64,000 bases of DNA. Origin: Desulfomonilia bacterium (GTDB taxonomy: Bacteria; Desulfobacterota; Desulfomonilia; UBA1062). The stretch lies in assembly GCA_963664325.2 (NCBI GenBank), contig CAXXDQ010000005.1:128001-192000 (forward strand), given 5' to 3'. Shown here piece after piece: positions 20,948-30,719 of the stretch. The notes under the pieces were generated by a model. That model was not told the DNA's origin. It searched no databases and saw nothing but the letters and a program-made list of their open reading frames with translations. The first letter of the stretch is position 1. Every line of letters begins with the position of its first letter. The position numbers and the translations under genes were made by a program.

Positions 20948-22069
20948 ATGCGACCGACCAGGGTTGAGATTGACCTAGGCGCTATAAGCCATAATCTGAC
21001 ACAGATCAGGAGGCTTACCGGTGTAAGCATCATGATGGTGATAAAGGCGGATGCCTATGGCCACGGTGCCCATGAGGTCGGACGGCTTGTCGAAAGGGAA
21101 CAGCTTGCAGATATGCTGGGAGTTGCGAGCATCGAGGAGGGGATCGACCTCAGAGACGCCGGTGTTACGCTTCCTGTTCTTGTATTCACGCTTGTCGATA
21201 AAACAAAAGAGGATATAGACGCCCTGTTTGAATACCGCCTTACCCCTACTATAACTGACAATTACCACTTCGAAGCGATGGTAGCCGGGGCCAGGAGATG
21301 GGGCAGGCCCATGAATGTTCATTTGAAAACAGACACGGGCATGGGACGCCTTGGGCTCCCTCCGGAGGAGTCCCTTGATGTATTGAACAGCCTTTCCGGG
21401 ATTAACGAGATAAAGGTCTCGGGCATATACACGCATTTCCCCATTTCCGATTCGCCGGACCGGGAATTTACAAAAGAGCAGATATTCGCATTCCAGCAGA
21501 TAATAGACAAGGCCAAATTTCTGGGCAGGGACATCGAATATACTCATTGCGCCAATTCCGGTGCGATTGCCGATCATCCCCATTCTTATATGAATATGGT
21601 AAGGCCCGGTATCCTTTGCTACGGGCTTTACCCGTCACCCGCATGTACAAGAAAGCTGGATGTTATCCCGGCGATGACCATGAAATCAGGTATAATCTTC
21701 ATCAAGCGGGTCAAAAAGGGGACGGGACTTTCTTACGGCCTGACATATAAAACAAGCCGTGATGCATATATCGCCACAATACCTGTGGGTTATGCCGACG
21801 GATACATGAGGTCTTTGTCAAACAAAACGAATGTCGTAATCGATGGAAAGAAATACCCTGTTGTGGGAAGGATTAGCATGGATCTGTGCCTCGTTGAACT
21901 TGGCGATGATGTCTATCCTGTCGGCCACGAGGTTATAATGTTCGGCAAGGAGACCATTACTGCCGAAGATTTGGCCTTGTGGGCAGAGACCGTACCTTAT
22001 GAGATTATATGCAACATGAACAGAAGGGTACCCCGGACATATACAGGGGAAGAGCCATGCGATATATGA
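20948..22069 (+). CDS. alr: Alanine racemase
   Basis: VIKADAYGHG PLP-lysine motif, DTGMGRLG, VGYADG, GRISMD. Confidence 0.95.
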   Translation: MRPTRVEIDLGAISHNLTQIRRLTGVSIMMVIKADAYGHGAHEVGRLVEREQLADMLGVASIEEGIDLRDAGVTLPVLVFTLVDKTKEDIDALFEYRLTPTITDNYHFEAMVAGARRWGRPMNVHLKTDTGMGRLGLPPEESLDVLNSLSGINEIKVSGIYTHFPISDSPDREFTKEQIFAFQQIIDKAKFLGRDIEYTHCANSGAIADHPHSYMNMVRPGILCYGLYPSPACTRKLDVIPAMTMKSGIIFIKRVKKGTGLSYGLTYKTSRDAYIATIPVGYADGYMRSLSNKTNVVIDGKKYPVVGRISMDLCLVELGDDVYPVGHEVIMFGKETITAEDLALWAETVPYEIICNMNRRVPRTYTGEEPCDI

Positions 22070-22353
22070 AGGTGCTTATTGTTGTCCTTATTATCGCATC
22101 GGTCATGATTTTCGGTATACATAATCCCCAGGCCTATACACTTTCATTCCTCTCTTTCAGGCTGGTCTCGGGAATTCCCTTGTGGTCATTGCTGATGCTC
22201 TCTTTTTTTGCAGGAATGCTGCCCATTATCATTGTCAGTTTCCCGGAAAAGGCCGCTTTCTTTAAAAATATGAAGGAGTTGAACCTGAAAAAGAAAAATA
22301 TTGAAAAATCCCTGAAAACCCTCAATGCTGCAAAACCGAGTGCAGGAGCCTGA
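22057..22353 (+). CDS. LapA-like small membrane protein
   Basis: Two hydrophobic segments with FGIHN.Q, IPLW..MLLSFFAG and a C-terminal coiled coil; start reassigned to ATG 22057. Confidence 0.65.
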   Translation: MRYMKVLIVVLIIASVMIFGIHNPQAYTLSFLSFRLVSGIPLWSLLMLSFFAGMLPIIIVSFPEKAAFFKNMKELNLKKKNIEKSLKTLNAAKPSAGA

Positions 22354-22942
22354 AAGAGGATTTCATAAAATTAAACACTTTTTTGGGCAGCCACAGAGAA
22401 CTTAAAAAGCAGCCGAACTTCATGGCCCTTGTTTCCGTACACGTTAAAAGTTCCGGGGTAATCTTTCCCTTGATTTTCAGCATGCCGAACCAGTCGAGAC
22501 GGCTTAGCAGCTTTTTTAACGTCCTGGGCCGGGGGATGTATAACGACGGGGAAAAGTCTATCAGATAAGGCATGCCTGTTTCGTCAATTCCGTAATTCCT
22601 CCGGTTGCGCATGTCAATATGTACGACATCCCTTTCATGCATTCGTGAGATGATTTCGCCGAGTTTTTCATAATATGACTGATCCGGCACCCTGGAGGTT
22701 TCCCTCAGATTTGTCCCTCCCATGAATGATATGTGCAGGGAGTATATATCCGGCCTGCCAATAAAGCGGGGGATCCCTTCAATGCCGTTTAACTTTGAAT
22801 ATATGAAAGATTCCCAGAAGATGAACAGGGAGCCGATCAATCTTAAAGGCAGTGCCTTATTCCTGTAGGTTTTTTCAACCACCCCTTCATCGGTAATGTG
22901 GACATCAGGACTGTATCTCTGTCTCTGTTTAAGTTTTGTCAT
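22322..22942 (-). CDS. Protein kinase-like phosphotransferase (RIO/Kdo kinase-like)
   Basis: VVEK, MHERDVVHIDMRNRRN catalytic loop, LIDF. Confidence 0.6.
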   Translation of the reverse strand: MTKLKQRQRYSPDVHITDEGVVEKTYRNKALPLRLIGSLFIFWESFIYSKLNGIEGIPRFIGRPDIYSLHISFMGGTNLRETSRVPDQSYYEKLGEIISRMHERDVVHIDMRNRRNYGIDETGMPYLIDFSPSLYIPRPRTLKKLLSRLDWFGMLKIKGKITPELLTCTETRAMKFGCFLSSLWLPKKVFNFMKSSFRLLHSVLQH

Positions 22943-23039
22943 TTTTCTTTAGTAAAAACTAACATCCGTCATGAGATAATGCAAGAATAAGGCTTCATAA
23001 TAATTCAAATTTATTTCTACAAGTGATAAGAGATGATCA

Positions 23040-24983
23040 ATGAAAGCGAAGGGCGCTATTATCTGGAATGAAAAGGGTTATGCGTTTCTTGTAAGGGACG
23101 ACGGCAGGGAGGATGTCTTTCTAAGGGCCGCCGACCTTTGCGGGGCCATGCACGGCGATATTGTCGAAGCCAGGATATTCAGGCAGGGCAGAGGGTTCAG
23201 GGGTTGCGTAACCAGCGTGCTGAAGCGCGAAAACCTCAGGATATCTGGCAGGTATGTCCGCTTTAAAAAATCGGGCATGATTGAACCTTCAAAACCGATA
23301 CCTTATACGGTCATCGTGCCCAGGGGTTGTGAAAGAGGTGCCAGGCACGGGGATATGGTCACTGCATTAATTACACCCCCGAAGGGACCAGGCCGCATCG
23401 ATTCGTTTACGGCAAGGATCACGGGTATCCTGGATATGCCTGATGATATCAGGGATGACCTCAGATATGTCATAACCAAATATTCACTGCCCGCGGGCTT
23501 TTCGGAAGAAGCCAGGGCAGAGGCCGAGGAAGCTTCATGCACGGATTTTAATGAATATATGATAAGGCGGGTTGATCTGAGGGACAAGGTCTTGTTTACG
23601 ATTGACGGCAAGAATGCCCGGGACTTTGACGATGCCGTCGGAATAGAAAGGCTTGATGAGAGGAATTTCCTTTTAAGGGTTGCGATTGCGGATGTTGCCG
23701 AGCTTGTTAAGACCGGCTCTGCTCTTGACAGGGAGGCTCTTGACAGGGGTTTCAGCGTATATTTCCCGGAAACATGCCTGCCGATGCTGCCGGAGGAGCT
23801 GTCAAACGGTGTTCTCAGCCTCAAGCCCGGTGAGAACCGGCTGGCCGTAGTTGCAGAGATGAAGCTCGGTCCCCGGGGGAGACTTATTTCAACAAAATGC
23901 TACGAGGCCGTTATCCGTTCAAGGGCAAGGCTTATGTACGAAACAGCTTCCCCGTATCTTGAGGGCAGGGCAGGAGAGCCTGCCAGTGATAAAGAAGTGA
24001 ACAAATCGCTTAAGATGCTGAACATGCTCGCAGGTCATCTTATGAGAGCCCGGAAAAAAGCCGGGAGCCTTGATTTCGACCTGCCTGAAGTGGAGATCGA
24101 AATATCCGAAAACGGCCATGTCGAGGACATATCCAAAAGGCCAAGGGGACCTGCCGAACGGCTGATAGAGGAAATGATGCTGCTGGCGAACAGGGCGGTA
24201 TGCGCCTATCTGAAAGAACGCGGAATGCCGGTGCTTTTCAGGGTGCATGACAAGCCGGCGGAGGCTGATATCGATGGACTGGTCGAAATCCTTAATGATA
24301 TCGGTTGTGCAAAGGCTCTCACCGGAAGGCTGTCGCAAGCGGGAGCCTCAGGCAGGCATCTGAACAGGCTGCTGAACGAGATTGCGGATGCATACAGGGG
24401 CCATGACCTTGAATTGTTCGTGCACAGGCACATCCTGCGCTCGCTGAGACAGGCCGAGTATTCGGCACTTGACATCGGACATTTCGGTCTGGGTTTTACA
24501 GGCTACCTGCATTTCACTTCACCTATCAGGCGTTACTCGGACCTTATTGTTCACAGGGTTTTAAAAAGCGTTATCCGGCCGGAAGGTTTACAGGATAAGG
24601 AAAAATCGAGATATGCAAAGCTGATTAAGAAACTTGCACCCGTTTTAAGCAAAAAGGAGCGCACGACGAATGAAGCCATGATGGAAGCGGTCAAGCTGAA
24701 GACAGCTTCTTTCATGAAGCGTCATATCGGAGAGAGCTTCGAAGGTATTGTAACGGGCATATTGCCGTTCGGGTTTTTTGTGGAAATTGCAGACCCTCCT
24801 GTCGACGGTCTGGTAAGGGCGGCGGATATCCCTGGCGCAAGAATATCCGAAGGCCGTGAAGTCAGGATAAAAAAACTCCATATTTCAATGGGCGATAAAG
24901 TTGATGTGCTGATTGCCGGAGTCGATGAAACCAAGGGATTTATAGATATGAAATTAGCTGATCTGAGCCTTCACAGAACTTAA
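23040..24983 (+). CDS. rnr: Ribonuclease R (RNB family)
   Basis: Cold-shock domains, TIDGKNARDFDDA, HFTSPIRRYSDL, C-terminal S1. Confidence 0.9.
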   Translation: MKAKGAIIWNEKGYAFLVRDDGREDVFLRAADLCGAMHGDIVEARIFRQGRGFRGCVTSVLKRENLRISGRYVRFKKSGMIEPSKPIPYTVIVPRGCERGARHGDMVTALITPPKGPGRIDSFTARITGILDMPDDIRDDLRYVITKYSLPAGFSEEARAEAEEASCTDFNEYMIRRVDLRDKVLFTIDGKNARDFDDAVGIERLDERNFLLRVAIADVAELVKTGSALDREALDRGFSVYFPETCLPMLPEELSNGVLSLKPGENRLAVVAEMKLGPRGRLISTKCYEAVIRSRARLMYETASPYLEGRAGEPASDKEVNKSLKMLNMLAGHLMRARKKAGSLDFDLPEVEIEISENGHVEDISKRPRGPAERLIEEMMLLANRAVCAYLKERGMPVLFRVHDKPAEADIDGLVEILNDIGCAKALTGRLSQAGASGRHLNRLLNEIADAYRGHDLELFVHRHILRSLRQAEYSALDIGHFGLGFTGYLHFTSPIRRYSDLIVHRVLKSVIRPEGLQDKEKSRYAKLIKKLAPVLSKKERTTNEAMMEAVKLKTASFMKRHIGESFEGIVTGILPFGFFVEIADPPVDGLVRAADIPGARISEGREVRIKKLHISMGDKVDVLIAGVDETKGFIDMKLADLSLHRT

Positions 24984-25116
24984 AGTGTACCCGGGTTGCC
25001 TGATTGATTAAACTTCAATTGGTATGGGATCATAAAAGTATTTAACTCTTAAACTGAATAAATGGTTTGATTAGGCATATTAAAACAAATAAACAAAATC
25101 AATATTGGAGGTTGCG

Positions 25117-25422
25117 ATGCTGATTGTGGTTGCCAGAATGATTGCAAAGGCTGGAAAAGAAAATGAGATGGAAGAAGCCCTTCGTGCCATTATCCCGAAG
25201 GTGGAGTCCGAGGAAGGAACTTTGGCCTATGTCCTTCACCGCATGAAAAAGAAGCCGCAAAATTTTCTCATGTATGAAAAATACAGAGACAAGGAAGCAT
25301 TGGCGCTTCACAGTTCAACACCATATTTTGCGGAGCTTTTCGGGAAGATAGCGCCTTTAATGGATGGTGACCCGGCTATTGAAGTCTATGAGGTGCTTTC
25401 ATCCATCAAAGAAAAAGGCTAG
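25117..25422 (+). CDS. Antibiotic biosynthesis monooxygenase (ABM/YgiN-like)
   Basis: GGAGG RBS; EEGTLAY.LH, FLMYEKY.DKEAL..H..TPYF. Confidence 0.8.
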   Translation: MLIVVARMIAKAGKENEMEEALRAIIPKVESEEGTLAYVLHRMKKKPQNFLMYEKYRDKEALALHSSTPYFAELFGKIAPLMDGDPAIEVYEVLSSIKEKG

Positions 25423-25911
25423 GATCTCGATTGTAAAGGCATAGATAAACAAGCAGTCTGGAAAATATCAGGCATCAGATGCATTAACCTGCACCGGTTC
25501 CGGTTGCACTCAAAAGGAAGGTGCCGGTATGCCGATGGCGGCTGCCGATCTGTTGCGCCTGACCTGTCCCGGTCCATGACAGGGAGATGCTCTTCTCTTC
25601 GGAAGATGCGGCTGGACTATATGCTTACAGGTACAGCCGCATCGAAATCTTGATAAGAGCCAATACGGGAATGCTCCCTGCAATATGATATTTATTTGGA
25701 AATCAACTTGATCACTTGATAATCATGTTGGTTGGAATATAATAAAAATACTTGCAGCCCGGTGAAGATAAAATTTCGAAATTGCAGGAACGTCTCCATG
25801 TATTCCTCATCAGGAATAGGCCTCATGCGGATTTTGTGTAACAGCGGTGTAGTGTCTGAGCTCGATATTAGGATCCGGCAGGAAAAAAGTGTATGTCAAA
25901 GGGGTGAATGT

Positions 25912-26349
25912 ATGAAGAAAAGGAATATCGCCAAATGGACCCTGGCTGTTCTTGCTGCTGTATTTGCTGTAATCCAGTTCGTGCCTGTGAACCGGACAAA
26001 CCCGCCTGTGGAATCAGATATGCAGTGTCCGGTAGAGGTAAAGGCGATTCTGCGGACTTCATGTTATGACTGCCATTCTCACGAAACAGTATGGCCCTGG
26101 TACAGCAAGGTGGCACCTGTCTCCTGGCTTGTTGCAAGCGATGCCAAAGAGGGCCGGCGCAAACTCGATTTTTCTACGTGGAACCGCTACAGACCGGAGA
26201 AGCAATCTGTCCTGATCTCTGATATGATGGATCAGATCAAAGAGGGCGAGATGCCGCCGGTGCCTTATACCTGGATGCACACCGGCTCCGTTCTCACCCC
26301 GGAAAAGCTGAGAGTTCTGGAGGCATGGGCTGATCAGAACAAGAAATAG
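25912..26349 (+). CDS. Haem-binding domain c-type cytochrome
   Basis: Signal anchor, SCYDCHS (CxxCH), WPWYSKVAPVSW, GEMPP. Confidence 0.85.
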   Translation: MKKRNIAKWTLAVLAAVFAVIQFVPVNRTNPPVESDMQCPVEVKAILRTSCYDCHSHETVWPWYSKVAPVSWLVASDAKEGRRKLDFSTWNRYRPEKQSVLISDMMDQIKEGEMPPVPYTWMHTGSVLTPEKLRVLEAWADQNKK

Positions 26350-26577
26350 CGGTTAACAGCAAACGGAACGGCCTCGGATAATCAGGCTGGAGTGTTTCAG
26401 GAACCAGGCAGAGGTGTCTCTGAGAACATGATGTTCTGATTGAATAACTTGGCTGGGTGCTGATAGCGTTGGTGAAAATATATTAATGAAAAGGATTACA
26501 GCCCCGATTATGAAATATAGAAATAACAGGAATGTCCATGGAAATCCTCTGATAACGGAAAATCTTAACCCGCTTGA

Positions 26578-27450
26578 ATGATAAAAAAATTTGCGCTCCC
26601 CTTGCTGCTTGCCGTTGTTTTTTCCATTACCGGGTTAGGCGTATTTGCATATAAAACACAGATAAAATATCTGTTCCTTTTTTCCGGAATCGGAACGGCT
26701 ACGGCTTTAGGGGCATGCCTGTTCATTTTGATTCCCGGAAAGAAGCAAGCGATTCGAAGGATTATACAGGCATGCATTGGCGGGACACTTTTTATCGGAT
26801 TGTCTCTGTATGGGAATGTGAATTTTCAGGCTTCACAAATCATTTTCGATCTGTCTGCCGGTGTTGTTGCCGGTGCACTCATACAGTTTCTGATTGCAAG
26901 AATAGTAATGCCGTTCTTTATAGGGAATGGATTTTGCTCCATGGCCTGCTGGGACGGGGCTGTTTTTGAACTTATCCAGAACAGGATACCGAAAGCGATA
27001 AAACCGCGAAAGAGAAGCAGTCTCGTGGCCTGGACATATCTGTTGGGTGTTGTTCTGCTGGCAACTGGTATTTCATTTGTTGGTAATCCTGCCATCCACG
27101 AATCCTACAGGCGGTACTGGATAATAGGGGAAAATATCATGATACTGGGACTGGGTGTTGGACTATCCAGTTTTTGGGGAAGCAGGGCCTATTGCAGATT
27201 TTTTTGCCCGTTCATTACGGTTTCAGGTTTACTTTCCCGGTTTTCCATTTTTAAGATCGCCCCGGTTAAATATGACAGCTGTACCGGTTGCGGTGTTTGC
27301 AATAAGGCCTGTCCCATGCTGGTGGATGTGAGGGATTCCGTTAAAAACAACCAGCGAATTTCTAACAGAACCTGTATTCTGTGCGAGAGATGTGTGGATG
27401 CATGTCCGGAAAAGTGCCTGAAATTAGCCCCTGATTTTCCATGGAAGTAG
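26578..27450 (+). CDS. Membrane 4Fe-4S binding protein (NapH/YccM-like polyferredoxin)
   Basis: TM helices, CxxxC motifs (CSMAC, CRFFCP), two CxxCxxCxxxCP motifs. Confidence 0.85.
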   Translation: MIKKFALPLLLAVVFSITGLGVFAYKTQIKYLFLFSGIGTATALGACLFILIPGKKQAIRRIIQACIGGTLFIGLSLYGNVNFQASQIIFDLSAGVVAGALIQFLIARIVMPFFIGNGFCSMACWDGAVFELIQNRIPKAIKPRKRSSLVAWTYLLGVVLLATGISFVGNPAIHESYRRYWIIGENIMILGLGVGLSSFWGSRAYCRFFCPFITVSGLLSRFSIFKIAPVKYDSCTGCGVCNKACPMLVDVRDSVKNNQRISNRTCILCERCVDACPEKCLKLAPDFPWK

Positions 27451-27612
27451 AAATACAAAACAGAAAAGTCTTTTAATAAGAGTTGTTCAATAATCAATTA
27501 ATGGTCTTTGGTATTAGTATTCAGGTCGGATTTGAAAGCACTTAGAGTTCTTCCGCCAGGCAAGTACGCTCCCAATGTTATTCGAATATGTCAGGGGATG
27601 TTCCAATAGAAA

Positions 27613-27644
27613 AGGGGCTGCCTTCGTCACGGAAGGCAGCCCCT
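27613..27644 (-). terminator. Intrinsic terminator of the clostripain-like gene
   Basis: AGGGGCTGCCTTC / GAAGGCAGCCCCT 13-bp stem followed by a short T run on the minus strand. Confidence 0.75.
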
Positions 27645-27672
27645 GCAGGGCATAATTAAATGCTGCACGCCG

Positions 27673-29196
27673 CTATGGCGCCAGGTTGATCACCATATCG
27701 ACAAAATCCGTCCAGGCATTGGCACCGAATAACACGACCTGTCGGTAGTAGAAGGGAGAATAAAGGTTGCCGGAGCCCCAGATGTCATTGAAAATGCTCA
27801 GCCCAGAGGCCGCAGGGCATTTGTTCTGCCGCTGATATAGTACTGCATCGTTAAGGGCTGTCAGGACGTTTTCAGCCTGAGTTTTGACTGCGGTGCCTAT
27901 TCCATCACCGGTGATTACATGGTCGAGGTAATCACCCAGGTCGACATAATAGAAGTCGTCGACACCGCTGTTCTCCTGCATGGTAAAGCTGTTATCGGCG
28001 GCCTGGTTATAATGCTCCGCGACTGACTGATCGTTGTTGATGTCGCTGATAGCCGCCAGAGCAAAGGCGTCGATCGCCCCATACAGGGCATCGATTTTGG
28101 ACAGATCGACAAGGGAGAGTGTGAACGCCCTCGGATTCAGTACTCTATCGGCCAGCAATTCATAGGCGTTATCGCACATATCCCTGGCCAGGGATTCTGT
28201 CGCAATATCGGGATCGCCAAGTACGGCATCGAACCCCTGATAGGAGAAAATATCAGCAGGAAAGTTTTCTTCGGAGCTGAGCATGTAATCGACGTTGTTG
28301 CGCACTTCATAGGCCAGCTCAACCCCGCCCATCAGGCAGGCGAAAGGATAAAATATATCGATAGGATGACCGATAAGCTGTTTCAGATATGCCGTGGCCT
28401 GCCCCAGTTCATAATGCGTAAGACGGTCGTAGTCGCTGCCCTCATCGAATCCTATGCCAAGCACCCCCAGCGTATCCGGTGGCGGATCGTCAAATCCGCT
28501 GCCATGGTTGAATATCGAGTACATGTAGTGTTCAGACGGGTAACGCGCAGCGGCCCAGCTGAGAAAGGCCTCGGTATCGCTCAAAGAACCCGAGTTGATC
28601 TCACTTACGGGTACCATCAGGTCTTCGTTGAAGTCGCCTCCGGTCAGGTAATAATACCCGTCTGCATATTTCGTGTTTTCGTTGTAGGCATCCATCATAA
28701 GGATAATCTGGATGTTGTTCTCCAGGTCACGCGCCTTCATATCCTCAAGGGTTTCGAGGTAAAGGGCGAGGATAGGTCCCATCTCATAATTGATATTATT
28801 ATCCACAGCAAAGTGGGTTATCAGGGTCCACTTGTATGGAGTGTTGTCAACCTGTATTGACAGCTCCTGTTCGCCCTTGAACAATCCCTGGGGCAAAATG
28901 GTGTCGACGGCCTTAACCTTGAATGTGTACACGCCGGTGGCGCCGCTGTCGATAGTGCCGGAAACAGTCCCGTTCTGAGCCAGGCTTAGCCCGGAGGGCA
29001 ACACGCCCGACTCCAGTGAGAACAGGTATTTGCCGGTTCCGCCCTGCACGGCAACCTTAGTCTTGTAATAGCCGCCGGACTTGCCGTTATTCAGCGGCCC
29101 CTTGATCTTAAGACAACCGGCAAGGATGCTTACCGAGATAACACAAACCGCTACAAGCAGCCATCGGGAATACCTGGATCGGCTTTTTCTCCTCAT
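27673..29196 (-). CDS. Clostripain-family (C11) cysteine peptidase lipoprotein with Ig-like domain
   Basis: Lipobox LAGC, LPSGLSL..NGTVSGT Ig (He_PIG-like) motif, NHGSG and ACLMG catalytic motifs, SSEE; start may be 29217. Confidence 0.8.
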   Translation of the reverse strand: MRRKSRSRYSRWLLVAVCVISVSILAGCLKIKGPLNNGKSGGYYKTKVAVQGGTGKYLFSLESGVLPSGLSLAQNGTVSGTIDSGATGVYTFKVKAVDTILPQGLFKGEQELSIQVDNTPYKWTLITHFAVDNNINYEMGPILALYLETLEDMKARDLENNIQIILMMDAYNENTKYADGYYYLTGGDFNEDLMVPVSEINSGSLSDTEAFLSWAAARYPSEHYMYSIFNHGSGFDDPPPDTLGVLGIGFDEGSDYDRLTHYELGQATAYLKQLIGHPIDIFYPFACLMGGVELAYEVRNNVDYMLSSEENFPADIFSYQGFDAVLGDPDIATESLARDMCDNAYELLADRVLNPRAFTLSLVDLSKIDALYGAIDAFALAAISDINNDQSVAEHYNQAADNSFTMQENSGVDDFYYVDLGDYLDHVITGDGIGTAVKTQAENVLTALNDAVLYQRQNKCPAASGLSIFNDIWGSGNLYSPFYYRQVVLFGANAWTDFVDMVINLAP

Positions 29197-29548
29197 GAAT
29201 GAATACCCCCTCGTCATTCTTTTGGATCTGATCCAAAACTGAGATTAATAAATATACCACATAGCTCAATTGGCAATCAATTAATATTATATCAAATCAG
29301 CAAGGCCCCGCCTCTGATCCTGGCAGAATGGCAATTTACACCCGCACCCCTGATATTCATGAAAACATCTTCATGCATTCCGTCGCCAATGTACTTTTTC
29401 AATAATGCCCAAGTTTGTTTTTCATGATTAAAAATTGGAAAAAATACTAATCCTTCCTAATTATCTGCCGAAAAGCCAAAATATAATCAACAACGATTGT
29501 GTATGCAGGATTTGAGCAGAAACCAGAATGTAAAAGGAGAAACCAAAG

Positions 29549-29758
29549 ATGCTGAGATTCACAGGGCTGACAACAGAGGGAGATGCGATAAATTTCAGAT
29601 TCAACGATATCAGGCATATCGTGAAGGATGATGACCTTGTAATCCTGGACAGACCCGGCGAGGTCCTTGTGAAATTCTCTACCGTCGAAGTGGAAAAATA
29701 CGAAAAGGAAATTAGTGGTTCAGATTTTCATCCGGCCGTCAGCTTGGGGTATTACTGA
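29549..29758 (+). CDS. Hypothetical protein
   Basis: AAGGAG RBS, 69 aa with plausible composition. Confidence 0.5.
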   Translation: MLRFTGLTTEGDAINFRFNDIRHIVKDDDLVILDRPGEVLVKFSTVEVEKYEKEISGSDFHPAVSLGYY

Positions 29759-29835
29759 ACATTAAATATAAGGAAGGTAAAGCATGCCCAAGACAATAAA
29801 TACCAGGCTGAAACGACCGGGCATGGAGAACGTTT

Positions 29836-30402
29836 ATGAATGCAAAGTCCAAATTGAAAAAGAGTGAATTAATTCCATCACAGACTGACAGTTTGGATGG
29901 GAAAAAATCAGGTCTGAATAAACGCGGACTCAAACTCATACATGGATCTAAAAAACAACAGGTCAAAGTAATTATAGGCTGCAGTGATGAAGATGGTATT
30001 AGCGAATATTTGTCTGATCTTGCAAATGAGGCATCTGACAACAAATACGATCTGAGATTTTTCATATCTTATTACAGTGATGAGATACTGGAACTGGCCG
30101 ACAGGGAAGCGATCGATATTTTCATTCTGATTCTGAACAATATAGATTGCTTTGACTATTCAATCCGGGAGCGTATGGAGAATTCCCTGGAGCTTATCAC
30201 TCAGATCAAATCGACATATGAAAGGCCTGTCATTGCATTATCCGGCTGGACAGAAGATTTCTCTCAAATAGAGCGGGTTGAAATGATTGCTGATTTCTTC
30301 TTTCCTCTTCCATTTGAACCGCAAGATTTTGTCGAGGCCCTCGAAGAGTCTTTTGAAATGCTTTATGTCTCAAAGGAAGCATATCTGAAGAGACTTAAAT
30401 GA
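29836..30402 (+). CDS. Receiver-like (CheY-fold) protein, degenerate
   Basis: DIFIL beta3, PVIALSG beta4 and ADFFFPLPF pattern; GGAG RBS. Confidence 0.55.
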   Translation: MNAKSKLKKSELIPSQTDSLDGKKSGLNKRGLKLIHGSKKQQVKVIIGCSDEDGISEYLSDLANEASDNKYDLRFFISYYSDEILELADREAIDIFILILNNIDCFDYSIRERMENSLELITQIKSTYERPVIALSGWTEDFSQIERVEMIADFFFPLPFEPQDFVEALEESFEMLYVSKEAYLKRLK

Positions 30403-30719
30403 ATGCTGATGATTTTGCCACAAAAGATATTAAAGATTTAATGCTTTTAACCTGCCCATCGGAAAAACTTTTAAACAATTAACTTGAGTCAAATGATCTG
30501 ATTCTACGGCAAAAACATGCTGAATAGGTATTGTGACAGGACCTCGGAGAAATAATTGCTGATTCAGCAGTGCAAGAGTCTGAAATATACCCATATATTG
30601 GAGAAGGCGATGAAACAGCAGTCTTTGTCAGCCCGTGTGAACTAACCTGTATTGATTGCAATTCCTGTCAGGCCTGTGATAACGTTGCTAAACCATAACT
30701 TAGCTCAATATCGGGAATA

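Noticed and set aside
25480-25650. GC-richer structured intergenic stretch considered as a cobalamin riboswitch
   Set aside because: Lacks the B12 box and GCCACTG core; more likely a gene remnant
29300-29430. Minus-strand LKKYIGDG resembling a nucleotide cyclase motif
   Set aside because: Only a few residues with no supported ORF; at most a decayed fragment
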